Below are positions 25,981 through 34,983 of a stretch of 64,000 bases of DNA, one piece after another. How positions within the stretch are numbered: position 1 is the stretch's first letter; every line of letters starts with the position of its first letter. The notes under the pieces are model-generated. The model was not told where the DNA came from. It was given only the letters and a program-made list of their open reading frames with translations, and did no database searches. Source of the stretch: Clostridiales bacterium (GTDB lineage: Bacteria; Bacillota; Clostridia; Oscillospirales; QAMX01). Where the stretch lies: NCBI GenBank assembly GCA_016303065.1, contig JAEDMJ010000003.1, forward strand, positions 9,552 to 73,551. The letters are read 5' to 3'. The position numbers were made by a program, and so were the translations under genes.

Positions 25981-26502
25981 TTATTTGTTGGCGCGGGAAG
26001 CAATGATGAGGCTCATATTGCGTCCTTCAAGCTTTGCCGGCTTTTCGATGACGCCCTTCTCGGAACAGGCGTCCGCAAACTTTGCCAGCAGGGCGGTTCC
26101 AAGGTCGGTGTGCGTCATTTCGCGGCCGCGGAACTGGACCGTGACCTTGACCTTGTTCCCGTCTTCAAGATATCTCAAAGCGGCGCGGAGGCGGAAATCG
26201 TAATCGTGGTCGCCGACGCCGGCAGTACGGAACTTGATCTCCTTGGTTTCCACTGTGTTCTGATTTTTTCTCGCTTCGCGCTGTCTCTTTGTCTGTTCAA
26301 ATTTGAATTTGCCGTAATCCATGATCTTGCAGACGGGCGGAACCGCACCCGGAGCGATCTTGACAAGGTCAAGCCCTGCGTCCCGTGCGGCAAGCTGGGC
26401 TTCGCGGGCGGACATGACGCCCAATTGCTCGCCTGTTTCGGAGATAAGACGGACTTTTTCGTCGCGGATCTCCTCGTTGATCATATGCTCGTTTTTCGGA
26501 AT
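25981..26502 (-). CDS. infC: Translation initiation factor IF-3 (probable ATT start)
   Basis: ..INEEIRDEKVRLISETGEQLGV..PPVCKIMDYGKFKFEQ.. The in-frame ATT at 26502 lies 6-8 nt after GGGGGTG. The ORF-track TTG (26517) overlaps that RBS. An ATG alternative exists at 26484. Confidence 0.85.
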   Translation of the reverse strand: MPKNEHMINEEIRDEKVRLISETGEQLGVMSAREAQLAARDAGLDLVKIAPGAVPPVCKIMDYGKFKFEQTKRQREARKNQNTVETKEIKFRTAGVGDHDYDFRLRAALRYLEDGNKVKVTVQFRGREMTHTDLGTALLAKFADACSEKGVIEKPAKLEGRNMSLIIASRANK

Positions 26503-26519
26503 GGCAAACACCCCCAAAT

Positions 26520-26686
26520 TTTTTTATTATATACCGCTTATCAAAAAACAAGCGGCGAAAGACAAATTCCTTCCGCCGTCAAACGCTCCGTCCGCCGCGC
26601 ACCGCACGGGAAACGGAAAATATTGAACCGCAGCCGCATTTATCCGCGGACAGGGTGAGGAAGGTTCCTTCTTTATTAGCCCGTTT
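26520..26686 (-). promoter_or_regulatory. infC-rpmI-rplT leader with candidate attenuator (possible L20 leader)
   Basis: About 165-nt untranslated leader between the promoter and infC. Hairpin CGGCGGAA/TTTCGCCG (26551-26580) is followed by CTTGTTTTTT (26541-26550) on the minus strand. Confidence 0.35.
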
Positions 26687-26715
26687 ATTTTACCACCGTT
26701 TTGCGTATTTGTCAA
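26687..26715 (-). promoter_or_regulatory. Sigma-A promoter of the infC operon
   Basis: On the minus strand: TTGACA (26715-26710), 17-nt spacer, TAAAAT (26692-26687). Confidence 0.55.
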
Positions 26716-26794
26716 GGCTTTATTTGAATTTTTCACCGTTACACATATTGACTTTCGGACAAATGTTAATTTTTATCTCATTTATACAATTGCC

Positions 26795-26823
26795 TTGAAA
26801 ACTCCGCCCTTTGATGATATAAT
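26795..26823 (+). promoter_or_regulatory. Sigma-A promoter with extended -10
   Basis: TTGAAA (26795-26800), 17-nt spacer ending in TGA, TATAAT (26818-26823). Confidence 0.55.
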
Positions 26824-26847
26824 GATTCGCTGAAAGGTGATGGTAAA

Positions 26848-27711
26848 TTGAAAGACTGGACATTTGAAAAAAGCTTTTTCCGCCGCGAAATCCGAAGAGT
26901 CAACATATCCCGGATCGTTCTTGCCGCAGCTGTGCTGGTCGCAATAGTTCTTCTTGACACCCGCCACACCGTCACTCTGGCCGCCGCAAAATTCCGCGGC
27001 GCCGCCGAAGTTACCGTTGATGAGATCGCCTCCATAACGAATCCCGAAACAGAGCTTACGGAGCTTTCTTTCAGCGCAAACCACGAAAACTCCTCCGCCT
27101 TTGAAGCGGACATCCGGCTCAAACGGCTCATGTACGTCAAGGACGGCTCGTGCCTTTTGAGTCTTAAACCCGACGCAATAACCGAGACAAATTATTCCGC
27201 CATGGAAAAAAGCGGAAACGTCTCGGCTTCCATCGAATACGTCTATGCCAGACTGAACGGAAAGCTTATGATCGTCAAGCGCAGCAAGCTTGAACCCGTC
27301 GACGTTCTTACGGGCACAATCGGATATCTTCCCGCCGACATAAAAATTGCCGTCACCGAAAATTCGGATGTGGAGCTGGAAGATGTTCTCCCCGTGATAA
27401 TGGATACAACGGGGGACGCGTTTTCCTCGCTCACAACCGACATCGCTTTTTCCTCCGTTATTCTTGTCATATGGTCGCTGTGGTTTTTCAGCATAATTCA
27501 CCGCACGCTGCGCTATGACCGCAGTCCCGCATACAAACGCCTCTTTACCTGCGCCGGAACCGTCGAAGAAAACGCCCGCGCCATTGACGAAGAGCTTTCC
27601 GGCCGCGCGGATTTCGGTTTGTTCGGAAATATCGTCACCGAAAACTGGCATATCCGCCGCCGCCCCTTCTCCTTCCTTGTGGAGCCCCGTTCAAGCTATA
27701 CCGACAACTGA
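26848..27711 (+). CDS. Hypothetical two-TM membrane protein
   Basis: TTG start with AGGTGA 8 nt upstream. TM1 is RIVLAAAVLVAIVLL and TM2 is AFSSVILVIWSLWFFSII. About 170-aa loop between them. Family not recognised. Confidence 0.55.
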   Translation: MKDWTFEKSFFRREIRRVNISRIVLAAAVLVAIVLLDTRHTVTLAAAKFRGAAEVTVDEIASITNPETELTELSFSANHENSSAFEADIRLKRLMYVKDGSCLLSLKPDAITETNYSAMEKSGNVSASIEYVYARLNGKLMIVKRSKLEPVDVLTGTIGYLPADIKIAVTENSDVELEDVLPVIMDTTGDAFSSLTTDIAFSSVILVIWSLWFFSIIHRTLRYDRSPAYKRLFTCAGTVEENARAIDEELSGRADFGLFGNIVTENWHIRRRPFSFLVEPRSSYTDN

Positions 27712-27794
27712 GATTTTCCGGCTTTCAGCTTTTTTACGGATTAAAAATCACTTTTGTCCTGCTCCGACGCTTTTCTCAAAAAAACACACAAATA

Positions 27795-27845
27795 CGGATC
27801 CCCGGATACCGAGCAAAGCTCAATGTATCCGGGGATCCGCTTTAT
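27795..27845. terminator. Bidirectional terminator
   Basis: cggatccccggatac / gtatccggggatccg 15-bp stem, with tttatt on the + side and a T-rich run on the - side. It lies between convergent genes. Confidence 0.55.
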
Positions 27846-27889
27846 TCCGGGCTGCGCTGAGTTTTATGCCCAGCGCGCTTTTCGGAAAT

Positions 27890-28795
27890 TTACGCTTCGT
27901 TTTTTTCCTGTTCCTTTGCAAGAACGATGCGGCCCTCTTCGATGTCCGCCCGGACTCTTCCCGGCGTCGAAAGCCGGAGTTCGGAGATGTACTCCGCCGG
28001 AAGCTGAAGCCGGCCTGCGCGGTCCAGCACGATAAGCTCCGTATGGGTGTGCTCGTTCCGCTCCGCGTTTGCCTGGGACTGCATTGCGGCAAGCTCGGCG
28101 GCGTAGCTTATGTTGCGTATAAACTCGGAGCTGGTCTTTCCGTCGCGGATGTTGACGACTCTGTCGACCTTTCCGGAAAGTCTCCGGTCGTGGGTCACGG
28201 TCACAATGGTCAGCTTCGCGTTTCGGTTCAGATCCCTGAAAAGGTCAAAGATCATGTCCGAGGTCTGGGTATCCACCGCGCCCGTCGGTTCATCCGCAAG
28301 CAGAATCTTCGGTGAATTGGCAAGGGCGATCGCAATCGCAACGCGCTGCTGTTCGCCGCCGGAAAGCTCGGTCAGTTTATTGCCCCGGCGCTTTGCAAGT
28401 CCGACCATCTCCAGAAGCTCAAGGGCCCGCTCCCGGCGCTTTTTCGTTCCCGAAAAGCACATCGGAAGCATGACGTTCTCTTCCGCAGTAAGATATGGGA
28501 GCATATTTCTTGCATTGTTCTGCCACACAAAGCCTACCGTTTCGCGCTTGTAGCGCACAAGCCCCTTTTTCGTGATCCTGGTCATGTCGATCCCGTCGAC
28601 CCGGAGCTTTCCCGCCGTGGGCGAATCGAGCCCGCCCAGTAGGTTCATCAGCGTCGATTTTCCGGAACCGGACTTTCCGATCATCGCCATGAGCTCGCCT
28701 TCCTCGACGTTGAGGTCGAGCCCCTGAAGCGCCATGACTTCAATGTCGCGCGTCTTGTATATCTTAACAAGGTTCTCGCATTCAATCATTGCCAT
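27890..28795 (-). CDS. ABC transporter ATP-binding protein (MacB/LolD type) with about 75-aa C-terminal AbrB/SpoVT-like extension
   Basis: Walker A GKSGSGKST, signature LSGGEQQR, Walker B ILLADEPTGAVD, H-loop VTHD. The tail ..LIVLDRAGRLQLPAEYISELRLSTPGRVRADIEEGRIVLAKE resembles the AbrB swapped-hairpin. Confidence 0.85.
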   Translation of the reverse strand: MAMIECENLVKIYKTRDIEVMALQGLDLNVEEGELMAMIGKSGSGKSTLMNLLGGLDSPTAGKLRVDGIDMTRITKKGLVRYKRETVGFVWQNNARNMLPYLTAEENVMLPMCFSGTKKRRERALELLEMVGLAKRRGNKLTELSGGEQQRVAIAIALANSPKILLADEPTGAVDTQTSDMIFDLFRDLNRNAKLTIVTVTHDRRLSGKVDRVVNIRDGKTSSEFIRNISYAAELAAMQSQANAERNEHTHTELIVLDRAGRLQLPAEYISELRLSTPGRVRADIEEGRIVLAKEQEKNEA

Positions 28796-29468
28796 CTGTG
28801 ATCACCCCATCCGACAGCGTATAGACTTTGTCCGCAAGCTCCAGCATATGCGGATCGTGGGTCGTCATGAGAACAGTCATCTCTTTTTCGGAAATCAGCC
28901 TTCTGAAGAGATCCACGACCTGTATTCCCATGGCGGTATCCAGCTCCGCCGTAGGCTCGTCGGCAAACAGCAGCGGAGGGTTGTGGGCAATACCGCGCGC
29001 AATCGCGACGCGCTGCTGCTCGCCTCCGGAAAGCTGGACGGGATAGTGGCCCATCCGCTTGGCAAGTCCGACAAGCTCAAGGCATTTCTTTGCCCTTCGG
29101 GTCGCTTCCGCCCCCTTAACGCCTGAAATCCGCAGACCGTATTCCACGTTTTCCAGCGCCGTCATGTCCGGAATAAGCGCAACCGCCTGGAACACAAAGC
29201 CCATGTTTTTGCGCCGGACGGTGTCTCTTTCGTTCCGGCTCATGGCGGTCATGTTTTTTTCTTCAAAGAAGACTTTTCCCTCCGAAGGCTCGTCAAGCCC
29301 GCTCAAAATGTTCAAAAGCGTCGTCTTGCCGGAGCCGGAACGTCCGCGCAGCACCGTAAGCTTTCCCTTCGGAACTTCTATCGTGATGTCCCGGAGCGCC
29401 GTGAAGACGGTTTTACCCGTTTCAAATCTGCGGGCAATGTTTTCCGTTCTGATTATCGATTCCGTCAT
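28782..29468 (-). CDS. ABC transporter ATP-binding protein (second, distinct ATPase)
   Basis: GRSGSGKTT, LSGGEQQRVAIAR, LLFADEPTAELD, TTHD. Overlaps the next ATPase gene by 14 nt. Confidence 0.9.
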   Translation of the reverse strand: MTESIIRTENIARRFETGKTVFTALRDITIEVPKGKLTVLRGRSGSGKTTLLNILSGLDEPSEGKVFFEEKNMTAMSRNERDTVRRKNMGFVFQAVALIPDMTALENVEYGLRISGVKGAEATRRAKKCLELVGLAKRMGHYPVQLSGGEQQRVAIARGIAHNPPLLFADEPTAELDTAMGIQVVDLFRRLISEKEMTVLMTTHDPHMLELADKVYTLSDGVITDGND

Positions 29469-29471
29469 AAC

Positions 29472-32324
29472 TTAATCCTCTCCGAGCTTCAGCGCTCTGT
29501 CGACTTTCTGCCTGACAACGATGGTAAAGAGCACGGCAAGGCACACGGCAAGCACTGCGCCAAGCACACCGAGGATTCTCAAAAGGTCGCTTGAACTGGT
29601 GAGCACGCGGAAAGCGATCGACTCGTATTCCGAGGTATAGTTCATTGACAGGAAGGGAACAAACATGATGCTCTGCACCCTGCCGATGAATATTCCCGCT
29701 GCAACCGCCGCACCGGAAACGAGAAGCTGTTCAAGCGCGAGCATTTTCATCACGCCCGCCCGCGTCACGCCGAGAGCCCGGGATATTCCGAACTGAAGCG
29801 TTCTTTCCTTGATGGATATCACCCAGTACACCATGAAGCCCGCGGCGCAGAGCGCAACCGCCGCCATAAACGACACGGTGAGCATTCCGTTGGTTCCCTG
29901 GAGCACCGGTGAATTTTTCTCGTCGGTCAGACGCTCGCCGGAGCTCTCAAGGTTGATCATTCCGAACTCGCTGTCGTAAAGAGCATTGTAAAGCTCCATG
30001 TCGCTGACTCCGTCGGCCTTTTTGATGAAGAAATCGTAAGGTCTGACTTCGTTCTCCTCCATGTAGTCGGAAAGACGCGCTATAACAAACTTGTTTCTCA
30101 CGATCTCGTCGGTGTTTCCGTACCTCGTGTACTTTTCAAGTCCGGGCCAGGATTCCACCGCCGCAACCACGGTGCACTCAATATACCCCGAACCGACAAG
30201 AATGTTTATCCTGTCGCCAAGCTCAAGCTTCAGCGTTTCCATCAGCTCAACGGAAACGACGCAGCTGTTTTCAAAGCGGTTCAACGCGTTTGCGTAATCG
30301 TTTATGTGATAGCTTCCCAGATCTGAGGGCCAGTTGGCCGTAAGTGCAAATTCATACGGATCCGTCAGCATAACGTCGACATTCTGCGTCTGGCTTCCAT
30401 CGCGCTTTACCGTGACGTCCTCTTCGCGGTAGACCCGCGCGATGCTTTCGATCTCCCCGAACTCCTTAAAGGAGTCGGTCAGAAGCTCAAGATATTTTAC
30501 GGTGATGGACTGCACGAGAACTCCGTCGTCGTAAATTTCAATCTTGTTTCCGTTCTGGACCGCGCCGCTGACATAGTTCCCGTTTTCATCGTATTTCCGC
30601 CACACGGGGGTATAGACGGCGTCCGCGCCCACCTGAACCTCGATATTTTTTTCTATGTATCTGTTTATCGATCTTGCCGTGTCGGCGCTTGTCACGCCGA
30701 TGGAAATCGTCAGAATCATGAACAGCATGATTCCCGCGCATTCCCGGTTGCGGCTTACACGGTTCAGGGTGAAATAGCTCCAGGCCGGCCACGCGCGCTT
30801 TCCTATCCTGAAAATAAACCTCAGAATATACGGATATATGCGAAGGAACAGCATGCCCGCGCCGAGGGCAAAAAGCGTTCCCGAGACATACATCATAATA
30901 TCCGTGTTCTCGATAGTAAGCACTCCCGACGAATCCAGCAGCAGCATTCTGACCTGCATGGAATACCATCCGTAAATTCCCGCCGCCAGCAGCAGCACGT
31001 CAAGGAAATACTTGTGGTAAAACGGCGTTTTCGAGATGTTTTTAAGCCGTTTGCTCTCCACAATGTTGACTCCGGCGCTGAGCACTGCCGGAATCATCGT
31101 TATGACAATGAACAAAAGCGCCGCAATGAAAAGGGAGAGGAATGCCTCGGGCTCAAGCTTCAGAGGCAGAGCCGAACGGTTTACAAAAGACAGGAAGCCG
31201 TTCGATGCGCCGATCATCCGGCACATCAGCAGCCCGAGTATCGGACCGAGCACGGCCGCCGCACCGACAAGCAAAACGCTCTCGATCAGATAGAGCCTGA
31301 GTATGTGCCCTCTTCCGGCTCCGCGGCTCTGCATAACGGAAATCTCGTTCTGTTCGCTTTTCAGCTTCAGCCTTGCGATCATCACCACATAGAACGAGAT
31401 GACCACCAAAAGAGGCACAAGCAGCGAATAGAGCGTGACGTACAGCTTCGACGAGAGCTCTTCAAGGGTCCCGAGGGTCTGATTTGCGCTGAAGGTCAGC
31501 GCGTCCTTGCCGGAGACATTGATAACCTCTTCTTTGCCAGCCTCGTAAGCGGCGATAAGCTCGGATACGTCGTCTATATCTATGGAGGTATAGTCCAAAG
31601 CCGAATACCAGACAAGCTGCGTCATGTGACGCGTTGCGGAAGGGTTCGTCTCCATGATACTGTTTATGTAAGAGCAGTCGACAAAGACGTTTCCGCCGAA
31701 ACGGTCGGACTTCGTAAACCAGAAGTATTCGGAGTTGTCCGAAGCTTCAAAAATGCCGACGATCTCAATTTTGAAAACAGTACTGCTGTTTGCGGAGCTT
31801 TTCACCTCGTATACTTCGCCCAGGGTCATGTCCGAATTCACAAGAAAAGTCCGCCTCACGACCGCTTCAACTACTCCGTCGTTTCTCGTTGGATCGTACA
31901 TTCGCCCCGTCGTAATGTTGATGTGGTCTTCAAGATCCTGCACATAGAACATCACAAGGTTCTCGCGTCCGGACAGGGTGTCGGCATCTCTGAAAAGCAT
32001 CGAATACCTGATGTACTTTCCCGAAACGACCGACGGAAGCCCGATTTTTTCGGCAATACCGGAATACGTGTTCTCCAGGGTCTCCATCGTGCCGACTGCA
32101 TCCTTTTCAACTGCAGCCATTTCATATTTAAGCGAGAGATATGCGGGATAGCGTTCCGTCTCCAAAAGCCGGTCTTCAAAGGTCTTGTTCAAAAGCCTTT
32201 GAAGTATCGCGTCGGAATAGACGGGAACGCTGAACGCCATTGCCAGCGCAAGCGTCAGTCCGGCAAGCATCGACAGGGCCTTCCACCGGTTGCCTGCGAG
32301 CCGCCTCAGTACCGTCAGCAACAT
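29472..32324 (-). CDS. ABC transporter permease with two FtsX-type modules and large extracytoplasmic domains (950 aa)
   Basis: Two FtsX-like TM bundles (..MQSRGAGRGHILRLYLIESVLLVGAA.. and ..ISRALGVTRAGVMKMLALEQLLVSGAA..), each preceded by a long soluble segment. Confidence 0.85.
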   Translation of the reverse strand: MLLTVLRRLAGNRWKALSMLAGLTLALAMAFSVPVYSDAILQRLLNKTFEDRLLETERYPAYLSLKYEMAAVEKDAVGTMETLENTYSGIAEKIGLPSVVSGKYIRYSMLFRDADTLSGRENLVMFYVQDLEDHINITTGRMYDPTRNDGVVEAVVRRTFLVNSDMTLGEVYEVKSSANSSTVFKIEIVGIFEASDNSEYFWFTKSDRFGGNVFVDCSYINSIMETNPSATRHMTQLVWYSALDYTSIDIDDVSELIAAYEAGKEEVINVSGKDALTFSANQTLGTLEELSSKLYVTLYSLLVPLLVVISFYVVMIARLKLKSEQNEISVMQSRGAGRGHILRLYLIESVLLVGAAAVLGPILGLLMCRMIGASNGFLSFVNRSALPLKLEPEAFLSLFIAALLFIVITMIPAVLSAGVNIVESKRLKNISKTPFYHKYFLDVLLLAAGIYGWYSMQVRMLLLDSSGVLTIENTDIMMYVSGTLFALGAGMLFLRIYPYILRFIFRIGKRAWPAWSYFTLNRVSRNRECAGIMLFMILTISIGVTSADTARSINRYIEKNIEVQVGADAVYTPVWRKYDENGNYVSGAVQNGNKIEIYDDGVLVQSITVKYLELLTDSFKEFGEIESIARVYREEDVTVKRDGSQTQNVDVMLTDPYEFALTANWPSDLGSYHINDYANALNRFENSCVVSVELMETLKLELGDRINILVGSGYIECTVVAAVESWPGLEKYTRYGNTDEIVRNKFVIARLSDYMEENEVRPYDFFIKKADGVSDMELYNALYDSEFGMINLESSGERLTDEKNSPVLQGTNGMLTVSFMAAVALCAAGFMVYWVISIKERTLQFGISRALGVTRAGVMKMLALEQLLVSGAAVAAGIFIGRVQSIMFVPFLSMNYTSEYESIAFRVLTSSSDLLRILGVLGAVLAVCLAVLFTIVVRQKVDRALKLGED

Positions 32325-32348
32325 GTTTCAAACCTCTCAAGCTTTCTT

Positions 32349-33374
32349 TTACTGGATCACAAGATCGCTCTCGCTCAATCCGCTCAGAACTTCCGTGTTG
32401 TAGTCCGTTGAAAGTCCGATGACAATGTCCTGCTCCTGGCGGTATCCGTCCCTTAAAACATAGACGTATTTTCTGTCGCCGACGCTCTTGATGGAAGACG
32501 TACGGATGCAGAGCGTATTTTCACTCTTTTCGATCACATAGTAGAGGTTCAGCTTCACTCCGATCGTCACGCCGTCCGGAAGGGATTCCGGACGCAGGAT
32601 GACCGCGTACTTGTCGCTGCTTCCCTCCGGCACGGTGTCCGGAGTCTGGATCGCCGTGGCTTCAAATTCGACAATGCTCCCGTCCTTTGCCTCAAAAGAC
32701 AGAGTTACGTCCGCATTTATCGGAATTTTGCCATAGCCGGCGCCGGTATATCTGATAAGCATTTCACTGGTGTCGGAAACGGTGAAAACCGTCACCCCCT
32801 CGGTAATCTGAGCGCCCTTCGCCATATTGAGCTCATAGGTTATCTGTCCGGAAATCGGAGCAACGAGCTGCGTTGTGCTGAATTCCATTCTAAGCTGTGC
32901 AATGTCGCGGCGGGAAATATAAATTGCAAGCTCGGCCTCTTTCCAGGATATCTCGTCAAGAGCGCCGGCTTCCCATCTTCTCTTTGCAGCTTCATATCTC
33001 AGCTCGTCTATCTCATACTGCATCTCCGCCACGCGGAGTTTTTCTTCCAGGGCGCTGTTGTCCGTCTCACAGAGGACGTCGCCCGCCTCGACCGTGTCGC
33101 CCAGGCGGTAATAGGATTCCATAAAAACGCCGTTCGAAGTCGGGAAGCTCACGTTCACGCTGGAAACAGCCTCAACGGAAGCATATCCGGAGACGGCGTT
33201 CTCAATGGTTCCCCGTTCGGGATTATAGGTAAAATAGTTTGCATCGACCGCCTCCACAAGGGGCGGCGGAAGCGCCTCTTCTTCTTCGGGGAAAAGCGCG
33301 CATCCGGAAAGCGCCGTCAGCATGGCCGCAGCAGCCATAAACGGCAAAAATGTTTTCACCAGCTTTTTTTTCAT
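32349..33374 (-). CDS. Efflux periplasmic-adaptor (HlyD/MFP family) lipoprotein
   Basis: MKKKLVKTFLPFMAAAAMLTALSGC lipobox. A coiled-coil hairpin segment and beta-barrel regions. ATG at 33374 with AGGAGGA 6 nt upstream. Confidence 0.75.
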   Translation of the reverse strand: MKKKLVKTFLPFMAAAAMLTALSGCALFPEEEEALPPPLVEAVDANYFTYNPERGTIENAVSGYASVEAVSSVNVSFPTSNGVFMESYYRLGDTVEAGDVLCETDNSALEEKLRVAEMQYEIDELRYEAAKRRWEAGALDEISWKEAELAIYISRRDIAQLRMEFSTTQLVAPISGQITYELNMAKGAQITEGVTVFTVSDTSEMLIRYTGAGYGKIPINADVTLSFEAKDGSIVEFEATAIQTPDTVPEGSSDKYAVILRPESLPDGVTIGVKLNLYYVIEKSENTLCIRTSSIKSVGDRKYVYVLRDGYRQEQDIVIGLSTDYNTEVLSGLSESDLVIQ

Positions 33375-33519
33375 TTTCCATCCTCCTGTTTTCCATCCAA
33401 AACCTTCAAAAATTTGTTTTTCTTTTTTTAACAAAAAACAACTTTTGTCCTAGTATACTACACCCCCCAACAAAACGCAAGCTTTTTTTGCGCAAATATT
33501 TTCATATAACTCTCAGCCT

Positions 33520-33563
33520 GCACGCAAAATCCCCCCGGAACATCTTTCGTGTTCCGGGGGGAT
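33520..33563 (-). terminator. Rho-independent terminator after rnz
   Basis: 14-bp stem atccccccggaaca / tgttccggggggat (33529-33563), followed on the minus strand by TTTTG. Confidence 0.55.
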
Positions 33564-33567
33564 CAGT

Positions 33568-34479
33568 TCAATCTTCTTTAAATCTAATCGTCACTGAATC
33601 GCCGTCTGCGCCGAGTCTTGCGGACGGAAAAAATCTGCGCGCTTCGTCGGCAAAAAGCATCGGCACGGGCATGGACGGGCTGTAATGCGTGAGCCAGAAG
33701 CGCTCGGGCTTTGCCTGAGCCGCAAGCTTTGCCGCTTCGGCAAAAGTCATGTGTCCGGACTCCCTGGCTCTTCCCAGCTTTTCCGGTTCTCCGAACATTC
33801 CCTCGCACACAAAAAGATCCGCATCCGCCGCCTCTTCCGCGATTATCTTCACCGGCCGCGTGTCCGTGGCATATACAAATCTTATGCCTCGGCGCGGAGG
33901 GCCCAGCACCATGTCGCTTGTATATCTGACTCCGTCGAGTATGACCTCCGCCTGTTTTTGAAGCGGGCTCCAGGCCTTCATCGGAACACCGTTCTTCCTG
34001 GCCTTTTCTATGTCAAACTTTCCCGCCCGGCTGATATCAATGCGGTATCCCCGGCAAGGCACTGCATGGCGCAGCGGGAACGAGGTCAGGGACCAGTCGC
34101 CGCAGGACATACTCTCCTCTCTTCCGCTGTGCTCTGCAAATCTGATCTCAAAGGGAAGCTCCGGAGCAATGACACGGAGACTGTTCACGACGCGTTCCAG
34201 ACCGGCCGGTCCGACCATCGTCAGCGGTTCCGTCCGCCCCTCGTTTCCCATGGAAAGGAGAAGTCCCGGGATTCCGCTTATGTGATCTGCATGGAAATGA
34301 GTTATGCATATTCTGTCGATGGGCTTGAAGGTAAAACCGCATTCCTTGACGGAAAGCTGAGTTCCCTCTCCGCAGTCGATCAGAGTGCACGAACCGTTGT
34401 GTCGCAGCATTACTGAGGCGAGCCTTCGGTTTTTGAGAGGCATCGTTCCTCCCGTTCCGAGAAGGGCCACATCAAGCAT
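33568..34479 (-). CDS. rnz: Ribonuclease Z
   Basis: MLDVALLGTGGTMP.., ..ITHFHADHISG metallo-beta-lactamase motif. Length is 303 aa. Confidence 0.85.
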   Translation of the reverse strand: MLDVALLGTGGTMPLKNRRLASVMLRHNGSCTLIDCGEGTQLSVKECGFTFKPIDRICITHFHADHISGIPGLLLSMGNEGRTEPLTMVGPAGLERVVNSLRVIAPELPFEIRFAEHSGREESMSCGDWSLTSFPLRHAVPCRGYRIDISRAGKFDIEKARKNGVPMKAWSPLQKQAEVILDGVRYTSDMVLGPPRRGIRFVYATDTRPVKIIAEEAADADLFVCEGMFGEPEKLGRARESGHMTFAEAAKLAAQAKPERFWLTHYSPSMPVPMLFADEARRFFPSARLGADGDSVTIRFKED

Positions 34480-34485
34480 ACGGGA

Positions 34486-34938
34486 TCAGTTCCTGTCTTC
34501 CGTGACGTTAAGGGTCACGCCGGCCGTAACGTCAAAGCCAAGCTTCACCTTGAGCTTGTAGCTTCCGAGGGCCTTTATGGGCTCGTCGATGGAGAGTTTG
34601 CGCTTATCCACCTCGACGCCCGTCGCCTTCGATATCGCCTCCGCCGCTTCGGCCGCAGTTACCGCGCCAAAAAGCCTGCCCGCCGCGCCGCATTTCACCG
34701 CCAGCGAAACGGTCTTGCCCTCCAGGACCTTTTTCGTCGCCTCTGCATTCGCGCGTTCGCGCTCAAGCTTCTGCTTTTTCGCCTCGTCCTGAAGCTTCAT
34801 TGTGTTGAGATTAGAGGCGTTGGCCTCTATGGCAAGCTTCCTGGGCAGCAGATAGTTTCTCGCATATCCGTCGGAAGCCTCGACAAGATCGCCCTTTTTG
34901 CCGTGTCCCTTGACATCGGCCTGCAAAATAACCTTCAT
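34486..34938 (-). CDS. rplI: 50S ribosomal protein L9
   Basis: MKVILQADVKGHGKKGDLVEASDGYARNYLLPRKLA. ATG at 34938 with GAAAGGAAG upstream. Confidence 0.9.
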   Translation of the reverse strand: MKVILQADVKGHGKKGDLVEASDGYARNYLLPRKLAIEANASNLNTMKLQDEAKKQKLERERANAEATKKVLEGKTVSLAVKCGAAGRLFGAVTAAEAAEAISKATGVEVDKRKLSIDEPIKALGSYKLKVKLGFDVTAGVTLNVTEDRN

Positions 34939-34983
34939 ATCAGTTGTCTTCCTTTCAAAATACACAGACGCCAAAGATGTCTC

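Noticed and set aside
33375-33520. Putative operator palindrome ACAAAAGTTGTTTTTTGT and a TTGCGT-17-TATACT promoter upstream of the ABC operon
   Set aside because: The arms are short and A/T-rich, so a chance occurrence is likely. No regulator gene is adjacent. The evidence is too weak to report as a feature.
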